DNA of 64,000 nucleotides from Flavobacteriales bacterium (lineage in GTDB: Bacteria > Bacteroidota > Bacteroidia > JANQJC01): contig JANQJC010000076.1 of assembly GCA_028281825.1 (NCBI GenBank), positions 1,309-65,308 on the forward strand. Reading direction: 5' to 3'. The position numbers were made by a program, and so were the translations under genes. The number at the start of each line of letters is the position of its first letter. Position 1 is the stretch's first letter. Below, piece by piece: positions 17,495-29,052 of this stretch. The notes beneath the pieces are model-generated. The model was not told the origin of the DNA. It searched no databases and saw nothing but the letters and a program-made list of their open reading frames with translations.

Positions 17495-20400
17495 ATGACT
17501 TTAGCGTTACGTAAAGTCTTCCTTACCTTGTTGATAGTACTTGTTGGGTTTTTATTCTCAAATAATACCCAAGCACAGTGTGTTACTACACCTGTAACTG
17601 GAGATTTGATTATTACCAGTAATACTTCGCTTTCAGGAACGTACAACATTACAGGTACTTTCAGAGTAGACCCTGGAGTTACTGTTACCGTTACTCCTTA
17701 TAGCTCAAATAGTTGTGGTGAATTAATTATTAATGCAGCCGTAATTGATATTCAGGGTAACATCAATGCAGATAATGCTGGATATAATGGTGGTGCAGGT
17801 GGCGCAGGTTCAAACAATGGAGTCAATATAATATATCTTACCAATTGTGTTGACAAAGATAATTGCTTCAATGTACAGGTGTTTGGTGGCACTGCAGGTG
17901 CCAATGGAAATGGAACAGGTGCAGGTAGTGCAGGCGGTAATGGGGGAACAGGCAGTGGGCCTAAACAGGAGTGCGGTTCCTTTGGTGACGATTATGGAAG
18001 AGTAGGTGGAGCTGGAGGTGCAGGTGCGGGTGCAGGCGGGTCTTATGGTGCTGCAGCCAATGCTGGAGGTGCAGGGGGTGCTGGTAACTCATCAGGTAGC
18101 TTTAACTCAATATCACAAGCAACTTGTTCATCTCCTGTAGCAGGAGTGGCAGGCACAGCTGGTACTATTGCAACAGCTTATGGGACTAACACAGGAACTG
18201 ACATAGACTTAGGTTCTGGTGGCGCTGGCGCTGGTGGTGGCGGCAAAAGCCATGGCGACGGTGGTAACGGTGGCAATGGCGGTAATGGTGGTGGAAAAGT
18301 GTCTTTAAACTCTGCTGGTGCATTAACTATAACTGGCAATATTACTGCAATGGGTGGTGTTGGAGGCAATGGTGGCAACGGCGGTAATGGTGGAATTACC
18401 AATGATAGGTGTTGCACGGACGGTTGTAATGGTTGTGATGAGAATACCTATTCCGGTGGCGCTGGCGGTGGAGGTGGCGCTGGTGGCGGTTCTGGCGGTG
18501 GTATTTTAATCAGCGCCCTTGGAGACATGGCTATTTCTGGAACTTTAAATGCCCAAGGTGGTTCAGGTGGCGCTGGAGGTGGTGCGGGAAGTGCTTCAGG
18601 CCAATGTGACTATGCTAGTTTTTTGTGTGCTTGTGGCTGTAATGATGGTATAATCAATGCAGGTAATCCTGGAGCTCAAGGCGGTGGAGGCAGTGGTGGT
18701 CGTATTAAGATATTTGAAAACCCATGTAGAACTAATAATATTAGCCCAACTATTCAAATAGCTGGAGGTTCGGGTAATAGTGGTGTGGCAGCAAGCGGTG
18801 TTTATCATTTGGGAGCCAATGGTAGTATAAACAGTCCGGGTGGAACTATCGCATCAACTGATGTTAGCTGTTTTGGTTTAACTGACGGACAGGCTACCGT
18901 AACTGCAACAGGCGGCACCACGCCGTATACTTATGCCTGGAATGACCTAGGTAATCAAACTACTCCAACTGCTTCAAACCTTGGAGCGAACACCTATACG
19001 GTGATAGTAACAGATGCTAATGGTTGTGACACCTCATTAACAGTTACTATTAATGAGCCTTCTCAATTAACTGTTGGAACTGTAGTAACAGATATATTAT
19101 GTAATGGAGATACTACTGGTGATATCACTGCAAACCCCAATGGCGGAACGTCTCCTTATACTTATGCTTGGAGTGACCCCAATAACCAAACTACACAAAC
19201 AGCAAGTGGTTTAACTGCAGGAACTTATACTGTTACTGTAACTGATGATAATGGTTGTAATAGCACTGCAACAGCGATTGTGAATGAACCTGGTGCCCTT
19301 TTAGCGGTGACTTCTGTGGTTTCTGATGTAAGCTGTTTCGGATTGAGCAATGGGCAGGCAAGTGTGGCGCCATCTGGTGGTGGCGGTGGTTATACTTACG
19401 TATGGAGTGACCCCAATGCCCAAGTAACCCAAATTGCGAGTGGATTGGCAGCGGGAACCTATACTGTTACGGTGACAGATTTGAATAATTGTACAGCAAC
19501 TGGCACAGTAACTATCAATGAACCTGCAGAATTGATAGCCTCGGCAACATCACTACCTACCTCATGTAATGGAGGCAATGACGGCATGGCTATAGGCTCA
19601 GCTACTGGAGGAACTATGCCTTACACGTATTTATGGAGTGACCCTAATAGTACCTCAAATGATACCTTATTTAATCAAAGTGCTGGAACATATACTGTAA
19701 CTGTAACTGATGCGAATCTTTGTACTTCAACAGCTACTGTGGTAGTTGATGAGCCTGTTGCATTGACTGCAAGTGTTGCGGTGGATAGTAATGTAAGTTG
19801 TAATGGTGGTAGTGATGGTGCTGTTACCGTGAATCCATCTGGAGGTACAAGCCCTTACAGTTATTTGTGGAATGACCCTGCCGGGCAAAGCAACCAAACT
19901 GCTATCAATTTGGCAGCAGGCACCTACGAGGTGACTGTAACAGATGATAATAACTGTACTTATGTGGTGCAAAATGTGTTGATTACACAACCACAGGCGT
20001 TAACGCTAAGCGTTGGCTCAACTGTAGAAGTTAGTTGTAACGGTGGCAACGATGGCGCAGGAACCGTTATTGCAAGCAACGGAACGGCCCCTTATGATTT
20101 CTTATGGGATGACCCCAATACGCAGGCTACAGCAACAGCAACCGGGTTAGCTGCAGGCACTTATCAAGTATTGGTAACAGATGATAACGGTTGCACAGAA
20201 ACAATCACGGTAAATATTTTAGAACCAACGGCACTAACGGTTAATGTAACCGATGATATTGATGTAACCTGCAATGGAGGCAGTGATGGTGAGGCTGTTG
20301 CTCTTGCTTCAGGCGGTACTGGTCCTTATACCTATATATGGGTACCATCAGGGCAAACCGGAACTACGGCTGATAGTTTGCCAGCGGGTGAGTATGTAGT

Positions 20401-20986
20401 GACTGCAACGGATGATAATGGATGCACGGCTACTGATACTACAATTATCAGTCAACCGCCTAATATCCTTTTGGCTTCGTTTACTGCTTCACCTGACACG
20501 GGATTACAACCTTTGGATGTGGTTTTTACCAACAATAGTATTGGTGCATCATCCTATGAGTGGATATTTGGTGACGGGGAAACCTCAATTGATGTGGCTC
20601 CAGTTCATTTATATGAGGACTCAGGGTTGCAAGAAGTGGTTTTGGTAGCATTTGATTCAGTAACTGGTTGTACAGACTCTATGTACAACTACATTTATAT
20701 AGAGCCCACATCCATATTTGAAGTGCCTAACGTATTTACACCAAATGGTGATGGAATAAACGATTTGTTTAATCCAAAGTCTCGCAACCTTACTGAGTTA
20801 CGGGGTGAGATATATAATCGCTGGGGCCAAAAGGTATATGATTGGAGAACGCCACAGGATGGGTGGGATGGATATAGCTTAAGTAGTGTTGAGGTCTCAG
20901 CTGGTGTATATTTCTATGTTTTGAAGGCAAAGGGTGTGGATGGTAAGGAATATGAACAAAAAGGCTCAGTTCACCTGTTGCGCTAG
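17495..20986 (+). CDS. T9SS type B (gliding-motility-associated CTD) surface protein: Gly-rich domain, 7 SprB repeats, PKD
   Basis: Signal peptide from MTLALRKVF. Repeats of the form DVSC.G..DG..TV...GGT.PYTY.W....L.AGTYTVTVTD.NGC, a PKD domain (YEWIFGDG), and CTD VPNVFTPNGDGINDLF...GSVHLLR. Confidence 0.92.
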   Translation: MTLALRKVFLTLLIVLVGFLFSNNTQAQCVTTPVTGDLIITSNTSLSGTYNITGTFRVDPGVTVTVTPYSSNSCGELIINAAVIDIQGNINADNAGYNGGAGGAGSNNGVNIIYLTNCVDKDNCFNVQVFGGTAGANGNGTGAGSAGGNGGTGSGPKQECGSFGDDYGRVGGAGGAGAGAGGSYGAAANAGGAGGAGNSSGSFNSISQATCSSPVAGVAGTAGTIATAYGTNTGTDIDLGSGGAGAGGGGKSHGDGGNGGNGGNGGGKVSLNSAGALTITGNITAMGGVGGNGGNGGNGGITNDRCCTDGCNGCDENTYSGGAGGGGGAGGGSGGGILISALGDMAISGTLNAQGGSGGAGGGAGSASGQCDYASFLCACGCNDGIINAGNPGAQGGGGSGGRIKIFENPCRTNNISPTIQIAGGSGNSGVAASGVYHLGANGSINSPGGTIASTDVSCFGLTDGQATVTATGGTTPYTYAWNDLGNQTTPTASNLGANTYTVIVTDANGCDTSLTVTINEPSQLTVGTVVTDILCNGDTTGDITANPNGGTSPYTYAWSDPNNQTTQTASGLTAGTYTVTVTDDNGCNSTATAIVNEPGALLAVTSVVSDVSCFGLSNGQASVAPSGGGGGYTYVWSDPNAQVTQIASGLAAGTYTVTVTDLNNCTATGTVTINEPAELIASATSLPTSCNGGNDGMAIGSATGGTMPYTYLWSDPNSTSNDTLFNQSAGTYTVTVTDANLCTSTATVVVDEPVALTASVAVDSNVSCNGGSDGAVTVNPSGGTSPYSYLWNDPAGQSNQTAINLAAGTYEVTVTDDNNCTYVVQNVLITQPQALTLSVGSTVEVSCNGGNDGAGTVIASNGTAPYDFLWDDPNTQATATATGLAAGTYQVLVTDDNGCTETITVNILEPTALTVNVTDDIDVTCNGGSDGEAVALASGGTGPYTYIWVPSGQTGTTADSLPAGEYVVTATDDNGCTATDTTIISQPPNILLASFTASPDTGLQPLDVVFTNNSIGASSYEWIFGDGETSIDVAPVHLYEDSGLQEVVLVAFDSVTGCTDSMYNYIYIEPTSIFEVPNVFTPNGDGINDLFNPKSRNLTELRGEIYNRWGQKVYDWRTPQDGWDGYSLSSVEVSAGVYFYVLKAKGVDGKEYEQKGSVHLLR
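18850..20460 (+). repeat. Seven tandem SprB-type repeats (~76 aa each)
   Basis: Seven C(F/N)G..(D/N/T)G starts counted in the translation. Confidence 0.85.
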
Positions 20987-21004
20987 TAAATCAGTCCTGT
21001 GTAA

Positions 21005-21034
21005 AGGCTCTTTTTTTGAGACAGAAAAGAGCCT
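21005..21034. terminator. Inverted repeat after the T9SS gene, possible terminator or stabilising hairpin
   Basis: AGGCTCTTTT-N10-AAAAGAGCCT, with no U-tract directly after it. Confidence 0.4.
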
Positions 21035-21090
21035 AAGAATCCCCCACAAAAAAACTTCTTAAAAAAAGGTGGAAAAATTTGAGGTAGGCG

Positions 21091-21121
21091 TTTGAATTTG
21101 TCAATATTCTTGCTACCTTTG
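21091..21121 (+). promoter_or_regulatory. Canonical Bacteroidetes sigma70 promoter of the rpsL (str) ribosomal cluster
   Basis: -33 TTTG (21091-21094), 19-nt spacer, -7 TACCTTTG (21114-21121). Confidence 0.8.
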
Positions 21122-21174
21122 CCGTCCCAAAATTTTTGGGGACTTGTATAATTAATTGTTAAGAACACAGAAAT

Positions 21175-21555
21175 ATGCCTACAATTCAGCAATTAGTGCG
21201 GAAAGGAAGAAGTAGCAAGGTTGAAAAAAGTAAATCACCTGCGCTTGATTCATGCCCTCAAAGACGAGGTGTGTGCGTGAGAGTGTATACAACAACGCCT
21301 AAGAAGCCAAACTCAGCGATGAGGAAAGTAGCCAGGGTGAGGTTAACCAATGGTAAAGAGGTGAACGCTTATATAGGTGGTGAAGGTCATAACTTACAAG
21401 AGCACAGTATTGTATTAGTGCGCGGTGGCAGGGTAAAGGATTTGCCAGGTGTTAGGTATCACATTGTACGCGGTGCGTTAGATACAGCTGGTGTGAATGA
21501 TAGAAAGCAAGGTAGGTCAAAATACGGAACAAAAAGAGCTAAGAAAAAAAATTAA
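21175..21555 (+). CDS. rpsL: 30S ribosomal protein S12
   Basis: [28 protein letters not shown]. Confidence 0.99.
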   Translation: MPTIQQLVRKGRSSKVEKSKSPALDSCPQRRGVCVRVYTTTPKKPNSAMRKVARVRLTNGKEVNAYIGGEGHNLQEHSIVLVRGGRVKDLPGVRYHIVRGALDTAGVNDRKQGRSKYGTKRAKKKN

Positions 21556-21559
21556 GTAA

Positions 21560-22027
21560 ATGAGAAAGTCGAAGTCTAAAAAGCGCGAGCTAAAGCCAGA
21601 TTCAAGATTCGGTGATACTATGGTAACTCGCTTTGTGAACAGTTTAATGTTCGACGGTAAGAAGAGTACTGCTTACGCTATTTTTTATGATTCTATAGAC
21701 ATAGTTAGTGAGCGCACTAGCGAAGATGGTTTAGCTATTTGGAAAAAAGCTTTGACAAATGTAATGCCGCAGGTAGAGGTGAAAAGCCGCAGAGTGGGTG
21801 GTGCTACATTCCAGATACCACAAGAGGTAAGGCCAGAGAGAAAGTTGGCGGTTGGTATCAAGTGGCTAATCATGTTTGCCAGAAAAAGAAATGAAAAGTC
21901 AATGGCTGAGAAGCTGGCTGGCGAGATAATAGCTGCTTCAAAAGAAGAGGGTGCTGCTCATAAGAAGAAAGAAGATACTCACAGGATGGCTGAAGCAAAC
22001 AAGGCATTCTCTCATTTTAGGTTTTAA
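21560..22027 (+). CDS. rpsG: 30S ribosomal protein S7
   Basis: [26 protein letters not shown]. Confidence 0.99.
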   Translation: MRKSKSKKRELKPDSRFGDTMVTRFVNSLMFDGKKSTAYAIFYDSIDIVSERTSEDGLAIWKKALTNVMPQVEVKSRRVGGATFQIPQEVRPERKLAVGIKWLIMFARKRNEKSMAEKLAGEIIAASKEEGAAHKKKEDTHRMAEANKAFSHFRF

Positions 22028-22071
22028 TTAGGATATAAATAAAAGAAAAGAAACAAGGAGATACTAGGTCT

Positions 22072-24192
22072 ATGAACCCGAAACTGAAATACACGAGGAA
22101 CATTGGTATCATGGCGCATATCGACGCTGGTAAAACAACAACTACAGAGCGTATTCTGTATTATACTGGTATCAATCACAAGATAGGTGAGGTGCATGAT
22201 GGTGCGGCTACCATGGACTGGATGGAGCAAGAGCAGGAGCGTGGTATTACAATTACTTCGGCTGCTACTACTACCTTCTGGAATTATCGTGACGACCAGT
22301 ATAAGATGAACATCATCGATACTCCTGGACACGTTGACTTTACTGTTGAGGTAGAACGTTCTTTGCGTGTATTGGATGGTGCGGTTGCCCTTTTCTGTGC
22401 GGTTGGCGGTGTTGAGCCTCAATCAGAAACAGTTTGGAGGCAGGCCGATAAATACAAAGTGCCTAGAATTGCATTTGTAAACAAAATGGATAGGGCTGGG
22501 GCTGATTTCTTGAGCGTGGTTAAGCAAATCAAAGAAAGGTTGGCGGCTAACCCAGTTCCACTTCAAATTCCTATTGGTGCTGAAGATACTTTTCGTGGTG
22601 TAGTCGATTTGGTTAACTGGAGGGCTATTGAGTGGGATGATTCAACTCAAGGTATGACCTTTACTGAAATTGACATGCCTGCAGATGTTGAGCCGATTGC
22701 TCGTGAGTGGAGAGAGAAGCTAATTGAGTCAGTTGCTGAGTATGACGATGCATTGATGGAGAAGTTTTTTGAGGATGCAGACTCAATTACTGAAGAAGAA
22801 ATGTTTGCAGCTATCCGCAAGGGTACATTGGAAATGAAACTTATACCTGTATTCTGTGGTTCTGCATTCAAAAACAAGGGTGTGCAAACCATGTTGGATG
22901 GTGTAATGGAGTTCTTGCCTAGTCCTTTGGATATTGAAGCTATTGAGGGTACTAACCCAAATACTGGTGAGAAAGAAGAGAGACATCCTGATAACGATGA
23001 GCCTTTCTCTGCATTGGCATTTAAGATTGCTACTGACCCTTACGTAGGTCGTTTGGCATTCTTCCGTGCTTACTCTGGTAAGTTGGATGCGGGCTCTTAT
23101 GTATTAAACACAAGAAGTGATAAGAAAGAAAGGATTTCAAGGATATTCCAAATGCACTCAAACAAGCAAAACTCTATCGATAAGATTGAGGCTGGTGATA
23201 TTGGTGCTGCTGTTGGTTTTAAAGAAATCCGCACGGGAGATACTTTGACTGACGAAAAGAACCCAATCGTTCTTGAGTCAATGACTTTCCCAGATCCTGT
23301 TATCGGTTTGGCAATTGAGCCAAAGACACAGGCTGATGTGGATAAACTAGGTGTTGCCTTGGGTAAGCTAGCTGAGGAAGACCCAACCTTTCGTGTGAAT
23401 ACCGACCACGAAACAGGTCAAACTGTAATTAGTGGTATGGGTGAGCTTCACTTGGAGATTATTGTTGATAGGTTGAAGAGAGAGTTTAAGGTTGAGTGTA
23501 ACCAAGGAGCTCCTCAAGTTAACTATAAAGAGGCTATTGCAGGTTCAGTTGAGCACCGTGAAGTTTATAAGAAACAAACTGGTGGTCGTGGTAAATTCGC
23601 GGATATCGTGGTTACCATTTCACAAGTTGATTTGGATGAGAATGGAGTGCCTAAAGAAGGTCTTCAATTTGAGAATGAGATTGTAGGTGGTAACATTCCA
23701 AGAGAATTTATTCCTGCGGTTGAGAAGGGCTTCAAAGAGGCTATGCGTAATGGTCCTCTGGCTGGTTACCAAATGGATAGCTTAAAAGTGAGGTTGACTG
23801 ATGGTTCATTCCACCCGGTTGACTCTGATTCACTATCGTTTGAGATATGTGCCAAGTCAGCATTTAGGGAAGCTACTAAAAAAGCTAACCCAGTGTTGTT
23901 AGAGCCTATCATGAAACTTGAAGTGCTTACTCCAGAAGAGAATATGGGTGATGTTGTAGCTGACTTGAATAGGAGAAGAGGTCAGATGGAGGGTATGGAC
24001 TCAAGAGGTGGTGCTAAGGTTATCAAGGCCAAAGTTCCATTGAGTGAGATGTTTGGTTATGTGACTTCACTAAGAACAATTAGTTCTGGTCGTGCTTCGT
24101 CAACTATGGAGTTCTCACACTATGCTGAGACACCAAAGAACATTGCCGACGAAGTAATTTCCAAAGCACAGGGTAAGGTAAGTGTATCTTAA
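22072..24192 (+). CDS. fusA: Elongation factor G
   Basis: [34 protein letters not shown]. Confidence 0.99.
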   Translation: MNPKLKYTRNIGIMAHIDAGKTTTTERILYYTGINHKIGEVHDGAATMDWMEQEQERGITITSAATTTFWNYRDDQYKMNIIDTPGHVDFTVEVERSLRVLDGAVALFCAVGGVEPQSETVWRQADKYKVPRIAFVNKMDRAGADFLSVVKQIKERLAANPVPLQIPIGAEDTFRGVVDLVNWRAIEWDDSTQGMTFTEIDMPADVEPIAREWREKLIESVAEYDDALMEKFFEDADSITEEEMFAAIRKGTLEMKLIPVFCGSAFKNKGVQTMLDGVMEFLPSPLDIEAIEGTNPNTGEKEERHPDNDEPFSALAFKIATDPYVGRLAFFRAYSGKLDAGSYVLNTRSDKKERISRIFQMHSNKQNSIDKIEAGDIGAAVGFKEIRTGDTLTDEKNPIVLESMTFPDPVIGLAIEPKTQADVDKLGVALGKLAEEDPTFRVNTDHETGQTVISGMGELHLEIIVDRLKREFKVECNQGAPQVNYKEAIAGSVEHREVYKKQTGGRGKFADIVVTISQVDLDENGVPKEGLQFENEIVGGNIPREFIPAVEKGFKEAMRNGPLAGYQMDSLKVRLTDGSFHPVDSDSLSFEICAKSAFREATKKANPVLLEPIMKLEVLTPEENMGDVVADLNRRRGQMEGMDSRGGAKVIKAKVPLSEMFGYVTSLRTISSGRASSTMEFSHYAETPKNIADEVISKAQGKVSVS

Positions 24193-24216
24193 TTAGAAGA
24201 AAGTATTAAAATAGAT

Positions 24217-24522
24217 ATGAGCCAAAAGATTAGAATAAAATTAAAGTCTTACGACCACAATTTGGTTGACAAGTCAGCTGAAAAAATCGTAAAGACAGTG
24301 AAGTCTACAGGAGCTGTAGTAAGTGGTCCAATTCCATTGCCAACTCATCAAAGAATATTCACAGTATTGAGGTCAACTCACGTGAATAAGAAAGCGAGGG
24401 AACAGTTCCAGGTAAGTTCATACAAGCGTTTGCTTGACATCTACAGCAGCACTGCTAAAACAGTTGATGCATTGATGAAGCTTGAATTGCCAAGTGGTGT
24501 TGAAGTAGAAATTAAGGTTTAA
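24217..24522 (+). CDS. rpsJ: 30S ribosomal protein S10
   Basis: [19 protein letters not shown]. Confidence 0.99.
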   Translation: MSQKIRIKLKSYDHNLVDKSAEKIVKTVKSTGAVVSGPIPLPTHQRIFTVLRSTHVNKKAREQFQVSSYKRLLDIYSSTAKTVDALMKLELPSGVEVEIKV

Positions 24523-24546
24523 CAGGATAGTTAAAAGATAAAAGAC

Positions 24547-25179
24547 ATGTCTGGATTAATAGGCAAAAAAGTAGGAATGACTAACATCTTCAATGAAGAA
24601 GGCAAGAATATTGCTTGCACTATCATTGAGGCAGGCCCATGTGTGGTTACACAAGTGAAAAATGTGGATACCGATGGGTATAAGTCCATTCAGCTTGCAT
24701 ATGAGGATAAAAAAGAAAAACATACCACTAAGGCGGAGCAAGGTCATTTTGATAAAGCAAAAACTACTCCAAAGAAAAAAGTGGTTGAATTCCGTTACTT
24801 CCGTGAGGAGTATGAAGGTAAATTGGAGTTGGGCAGTGAGCTGAAAGTTGATGATATTTTCAACGAAGGTGAATTTGTGGATGTGATTGGAACTTCAAAA
24901 GGTAAGGGTTTTCAAGGTGTTGTTAAAAGACATGGCTTTGGTGGTGTAGGTCAAAGTACTCATGGTCAGCACAACAGAAACAGGGCTCCTGGTTCTATTG
25001 GTGCAGCTTCGTATCCAGCTCGTGTATTGCCTGGATTGAGAATGGCTGGTCAGACTGGTAACAAAACAGTGAAAGTTCAAAACCTTGTAGTCGTAAAAGT
25101 ATTTCCTGAGAAGAACATCTTATTGGTAAGTGGTGCTATTCCAGGTCCAAACGGTTCATACGTTAAAGTAGAGAAGTAA
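24547..25179 (+). CDS. rplC: 50S ribosomal protein L3
   Basis: [22 protein letters not shown]. Confidence 0.99.
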   Translation: MSGLIGKKVGMTNIFNEEGKNIACTIIEAGPCVVTQVKNVDTDGYKSIQLAYEDKKEKHTTKAEQGHFDKAKTTPKKKVVEFRYFREEYEGKLELGSELKVDDIFNEGEFVDVIGTSKGKGFQGVVKRHGFGGVGQSTHGQHNRNRAPGSIGAASYPARVLPGLRMAGQTGNKTVKVQNLVVVKVFPEKNILLVSGAIPGPNGSYVKVEK

Positions 25180-25180
25180 A

Positions 25181-25810
25181 ATGAAAGTAGCAGTAATAGA
25201 TATAAAGGGCAAAGAGACCTCAAAGAAGGTTGACCTGAACGATAGCATTTTTGCTATTGAGCCTAACGACCATGCGATTTATTTGGATGTGAAGCAGTAT
25301 CAAGCTGCACAACGTCAAGGTACTCACAAGGCTAAGGAGAGAAGTGAAGTGAAGGGTAGTACCAAAAAGATAAGAAAGCAAAAGGGAACAGGTGGTGCTC
25401 GCTTTGGGGATATCAAAAACCCATTGTTTAGAGGTGGTGGCCGTGTGTTTGGTCCAAGGCCACGCGATTACGACTTTAAGCTGAACAAGAAAGTGAAAAG
25501 GCTTGCCAGGAAATCAGCATTGAGCTACAAGGCTAAGGATAATGCTATTACTGTTTTGGAAGACTTCAATTTTGATGCTCCTAAAACAAGCCAATATGTT
25601 GAGTTATTGAACAACTTGAAGCTTGCTGATAAGAAGACATTATTGGTGTTGGCTGGTTATGATAAAAACATTCTTTTATCATCTCGCAACCTTCAATCAA
25701 CTAGAGTAGTTTCAGTTGCTGAATTGAATACTTACGATATACTAAATGCAAACAACCTGGTGATGGTTGAGAGCTCAGTAAAAGAAGTAGAAAACATACT
25801 AAGCAAGTAA
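25181..25810 (+). CDS. rplD: 50S ribosomal protein L4
   Basis: [32 protein letters not shown]. Confidence 0.99.
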   Translation: MKVAVIDIKGKETSKKVDLNDSIFAIEPNDHAIYLDVKQYQAAQRQGTHKAKERSEVKGSTKKIRKQKGTGGARFGDIKNPLFRGGGRVFGPRPRDYDFKLNKKVKRLARKSALSYKAKDNAITVLEDFNFDAPKTSQYVELLNNLKLADKKTLLVLAGYDKNILLSSRNLQSTRVVSVAELNTYDILNANNLVMVESSVKEVENILSK

Positions 25811-25816
25811 TAAGTG

Positions 25817-26110
25817 ATGAAAAATATATTGATAAAGCCCCTTTTAACCGAGAAAATGACTGAGATAAGCGAAAGCTTGAACCAATATGGTTTTGTGGTT
25901 GAGCCAAGTGCAAACAAGCTTGAGATAAAAGAAGCTGTGGAGCAACTTTATGGGGTGACTGTGGAAAGTGTAAATACAATGGTGTATCCGGGAAAGAAAA
26001 AGTCAAGGAGTACAAAAACACGCTACATCACAGGAAAGACAAGAAAGTTTAAAAAAGCTGTAGTAACAGTTGCTAGTGGTGAAACAATTGATTTTTACAG
26101 CAATATTTAA
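25817..26110 (+). CDS. rplW: 50S ribosomal protein L23
   Basis: KPLLTEK, ANKLEIKEAVE, KKAVVT. ATG at 25817 preferred over GTG at 25814. Confidence 0.97.
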   Translation: MKNILIKPLLTEKMTEISESLNQYGFVVEPSANKLEIKEAVEQLYGVTVESVNTMVYPGKKKSRSTKTRYITGKTRKFKKAVVTVASGETIDFYSNI

Positions 26111-26116
26111 GAAATC

Positions 26117-26950
26117 ATGGGACTGAGAAAACTAAAACCAACAACACCGGGCCAGCGTTTTAAAGTAGTTAACGCATTTGATACTTTATCTGGTGACAAG
26201 CCTGAAAAGAGTTTGACCAAAGGTAAATCAAAAAGCGGCGGCCGTAACAACAGTGGTCGTATGACTATGCGCTATCTAGGTGGTGGACATAAGAAAAAGT
26301 ATAGGGTTATTGACTTCAAGAGAGAGAAGAATGGTATTCCAGCAGTAGTTAAGACTGTTGAGTATGATCCAAACAGGACTGCTAATATTGCTTTACTTGT
26401 GTATGCTGACGGTGAGAAGAGATATATCATAGCTCCTAAAGGGCTTGAAGTAGGACAAACCGTAGTATCTGGTAAAGGTTCTTCACCTGACTTGGGTAAT
26501 TCACTACCATTGATTGAAATACCTTTGGGTACTAATGTTCACTGTATTGAGTTGCAACCTGGTAAAGGTGCTGAGATGGCAAGAAGTGCTGGTGCTTATG
26601 CAGTATTGCAAGCTCGCGATGGTAAGTATGCCAACCTTAAGTTGCCTTCTGGCGAAATAAGAATGGTATTATCAACTTGTAAAGCTACAGTTGGTGTTGT
26701 TTCAAACACCGAGCACAACCTTGAAACTTCAGGTAAAGCTGGTAGAAGCAGATGGTTGGGTCGCAGACCAAGAGTACGTGGTGTTGTAATGAACCCTGTA
26801 GATCACCCAATGGGTGGTGGTGAAGGTAGGGCTTCAGGTGGGCACCCAAGATCAAGGAATGGTATTCCTGCTAAAGGTTATAAGACAAGGAGGGGTAAAA
26901 ACCTTTCTGACAAGTATATAGTTGAAAGAAGAAACGCTAAGAAAAAGTAA
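26117..26950 (+). CDS. rplB: 50S ribosomal protein L2
   Basis: [26 protein letters not shown]. Confidence 0.99.
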   Translation: MGLRKLKPTTPGQRFKVVNAFDTLSGDKPEKSLTKGKSKSGGRNNSGRMTMRYLGGGHKKKYRVIDFKREKNGIPAVVKTVEYDPNRTANIALLVYADGEKRYIIAPKGLEVGQTVVSGKGSSPDLGNSLPLIEIPLGTNVHCIELQPGKGAEMARSAGAYAVLQARDGKYANLKLPSGEIRMVLSTCKATVGVVSNTEHNLETSGKAGRSRWLGRRPRVRGVVMNPVDHPMGGGEGRASGGHPRSRNGIPAKGYKTRRGKNLSDKYIVERRNAKKK

Positions 26951-26957
26951 TTAGGTA

Positions 26958-27227
26958 ATGTCAAGATCATTAAAAAAAGGGCCATTTATTGACTTCAAGC
27001 TTGAAAAGCGTGTGCTTGAGTCTCAGCAATCAGGAAAGAAAAGTGTTATCAAGACTTGGTCAAGAAGGTCGATGATATCGCCAGACTTCGTTGGATTAAC
27101 AATTGCTGTGCATAATGGTAAAACGTTTATTCCAGTGTATGTAACTGAAAACATGGTAGGTCATAAACTGGGTGAGTTTGCGCCAACCAGAAGTTTCAGG
27201 GGACACTCAGGTAACAAGAAAAAGTAA
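26958..27227 (+). CDS. rpsS: 30S ribosomal protein S19
   Basis: [23 protein letters not shown]. Confidence 0.99.
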   Translation: MSRSLKKGPFIDFKLEKRVLESQQSGKKSVIKTWSRRSMISPDFVGLTIAVHNGKTFIPVYVTENMVGHKLGEFAPTRSFRGHSGNKKK

Positions 27228-27259
27228 TTAGGCTCTGAATATTTTAAGATTTAAGAGAA

Positions 27260-27655
27260 ATGGGTAATAGAAAAAAGCAGGCAGCCGATACAAGGAAGGA
27301 GGAAATGAAAACCACCTACCTGGCAAAATTGAACAACTGTCCAACGTCGCCAAGAAAAATGCGTTTGGTAGCTGACATGGTGCGTGGTGCAGATATTTTC
27401 AAGGCATTATCAATGCTGCAATACACAAATAAAGAGGCTGCTATCCGTATGGAAAAGCTGTTGCGTTCAGCAATTGCTAATTGGGAAGCTAAGAATGAAG
27501 GTGAGAGGGCTGATGAGGCTAACCTTTATATCAAAGAGGTGTTTGTTGATAGCGGTACTATGCTAAAGCGTATAAGAACTGCTCCACAAGGTAGGGCACA
27601 TAGAATAAGAAAAAGGTCAAATCATGTAACCCTGGTTTTGGGAAGCAGAAACTAA
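27260..27655 (+). CDS. rplV: 50S ribosomal protein L22
   Basis: [25 protein letters not shown]. Confidence 0.98.
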   Translation: MGNRKKQAADTRKEEMKTTYLAKLNNCPTSPRKMRLVADMVRGADIFKALSMLQYTNKEAAIRMEKLLRSAIANWEAKNEGERADEANLYIKEVFVDSGTMLKRIRTAPQGRAHRIRKRSNHVTLVLGSRN

Positions 27656-27670
27656 TAAGACAGAAAAGTA

Positions 27671-28393
27671 ATGGGACAAAAAACTAACCCGATAGGTAAT
27701 AGACTTGGTATCATCAGAGGATGGGACTCAAACTGGTATGGCGGCAAAAACTATGCTGACAAGCTAGTTGAGGATGACAAAATCAGAAGCTACCTGAGAG
27801 CTCGTCTTGGTAAAGGTAGTATCTCAAAAATTGTGATTGAGCGCACTATGAAGCTCATCACTGTTACTATCCACACTGCAAGGCCAGGTATCATCATCGG
27901 TAAAGGTGGTAAAGAGGTTGATAAGTTAAAGGAGGAGTTGAAGAAGTTCACCAAGAAAGAAGTTCAAATCAACATCTTTGAGATTAAGAGACCAGAGCTT
28001 GATGCCAGACTGGTGGCAGATAGTATTGCACGCCAGATTGAAGGTCGTATTTCATACCGGAGAGCTGTGAAAATGGCTGTTGCTTCTACAATGAGAATGG
28101 GTGCTGAGGGTATCAAGATATCTGTGTCAGGAAGGGTTGGTGGTGCTGAAATGGCACGTACTGAAATGTATAAAGAGGGAAGAACTCCATTGCACACTTT
28201 TAGGGCAGATATCGATTATGCATTGGCTGAAGCTCATACTACTTATGGCAGGATAGGTGTGAAAGTATGGATATGTAATGGTGAAGTTTACGGCAAGAGA
28301 GACCTTTCTCCAAATGTTGGAGGCAGCAAGCAGCAGAAGAAGTCTCCTCAAGGCGGTAAATTCCCAAGAAAAGATAGAAGAGAAAAGAGATAA
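27671..28393 (+). CDS. rpsC: 30S ribosomal protein S3
   Basis: [34 protein letters not shown]. Confidence 0.99.
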   Translation: MGQKTNPIGNRLGIIRGWDSNWYGGKNYADKLVEDDKIRSYLRARLGKGSISKIVIERTMKLITVTIHTARPGIIIGKGGKEVDKLKEELKKFTKKEVQINIFEIKRPELDARLVADSIARQIEGRISYRRAVKMAVASTMRMGAEGIKISVSGRVGGAEMARTEMYKEGRTPLHTFRADIDYALAEAHTTYGRIGVKVWICNGEVYGKRDLSPNVGGSKQQKKSPQGGKFPRKDRREKR

Positions 28394-28422
28394 AATTGTA
28401 AACAGAGATTTAGTTAGAAGTC

Positions 28423-28842
28423 ATGTTATCACCAAAAAAGACAAAATACCGCAAGCAGCATAAAATGCCTATGAAGGGCAATGCTGGTAGAGGACATCAA
28501 TTGGCATTTGGCTCATTTGGTATCAAGGCACTTGAGGGTGCTTGGTTAACCAGCCGCCAGATAGAAGCTGCAAGGATTGCCTTGACCAGGTATATGAAAA
28601 GGGAAGGAAAAACGTGGATTATGGTTTTTCCTGATAAGCCAATTACCAAGAAGCCTGCTGAAGTAAGGATGGGTAAGGGCAAAGGTTCGCCTGAGTATTG
28701 GGTGGCCGTGGTAAAACCAGGTAGAGTAGTTTTTGAGTGCGATGGTGTGCCATTGGATATAGCAAAAGAGGCTATGAGGCTTGCTTCACAAAAATTGCCA
28801 TGCAAAACGAAGTTTATAGTAAGAAGAGATTACACTGAATAA
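28423..28842 (+). CDS. rplP: 50S ribosomal protein L16
   Basis: [18 protein letters not shown]. Confidence 0.99.
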   Translation: MLSPKKTKYRKQHKMPMKGNAGRGHQLAFGSFGIKALEGAWLTSRQIEAARIALTRYMKREGKTWIMVFPDKPITKKPAEVRMGKGKGSPEYWVAVVKPGRVVFECDGVPLDIAKEAMRLASQKLPCKTKFIVRRDYTE

Positions 28843-28850
28843 TATTAGCG

Positions 28851-29051
28851 ATGAAGAATCCAGTTATCAGGGAAACAGCAACCGAAGAGTTGAGAGAGAG
28901 TTTGAAAGAGCAACAGGCTTTATTGAATAAGCTTACGCTTAACCATGCTGTATCTCCAGTTGAGAACCCTCAAAAAATCAGAATAACCCGCAAAACAATT
29001 GCGAGAATTTTGACTGAGTTGAAAAAAAGAGAATTAGCAGAGACTAAATAA
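28851..29051 (+). CDS. rpmC: 50S ribosomal protein L29
   Basis: [18 protein letters not shown]; lies between rplP and rpsQ. Confidence 0.96.
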   Translation: MKNPVIRETATEELRESLKEQQALLNKLTLNHAVSPVENPQKIRITRKTIARILTELKKRELAETK

Positions 29052-29052
29052 C

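Noticed and set aside
22055-22060. AAGGAG Shine-Dalgarno-like motif before fusA in a largely SD-less lineage
   Set aside because: The 11-nt spacing is long and the context is purine-rich; a single instance is compatible with chance.
24192-24217. No tuf between fusA and rpsJ
   Set aside because: Normal for Bacteroidetes, where tuf sits elsewhere.
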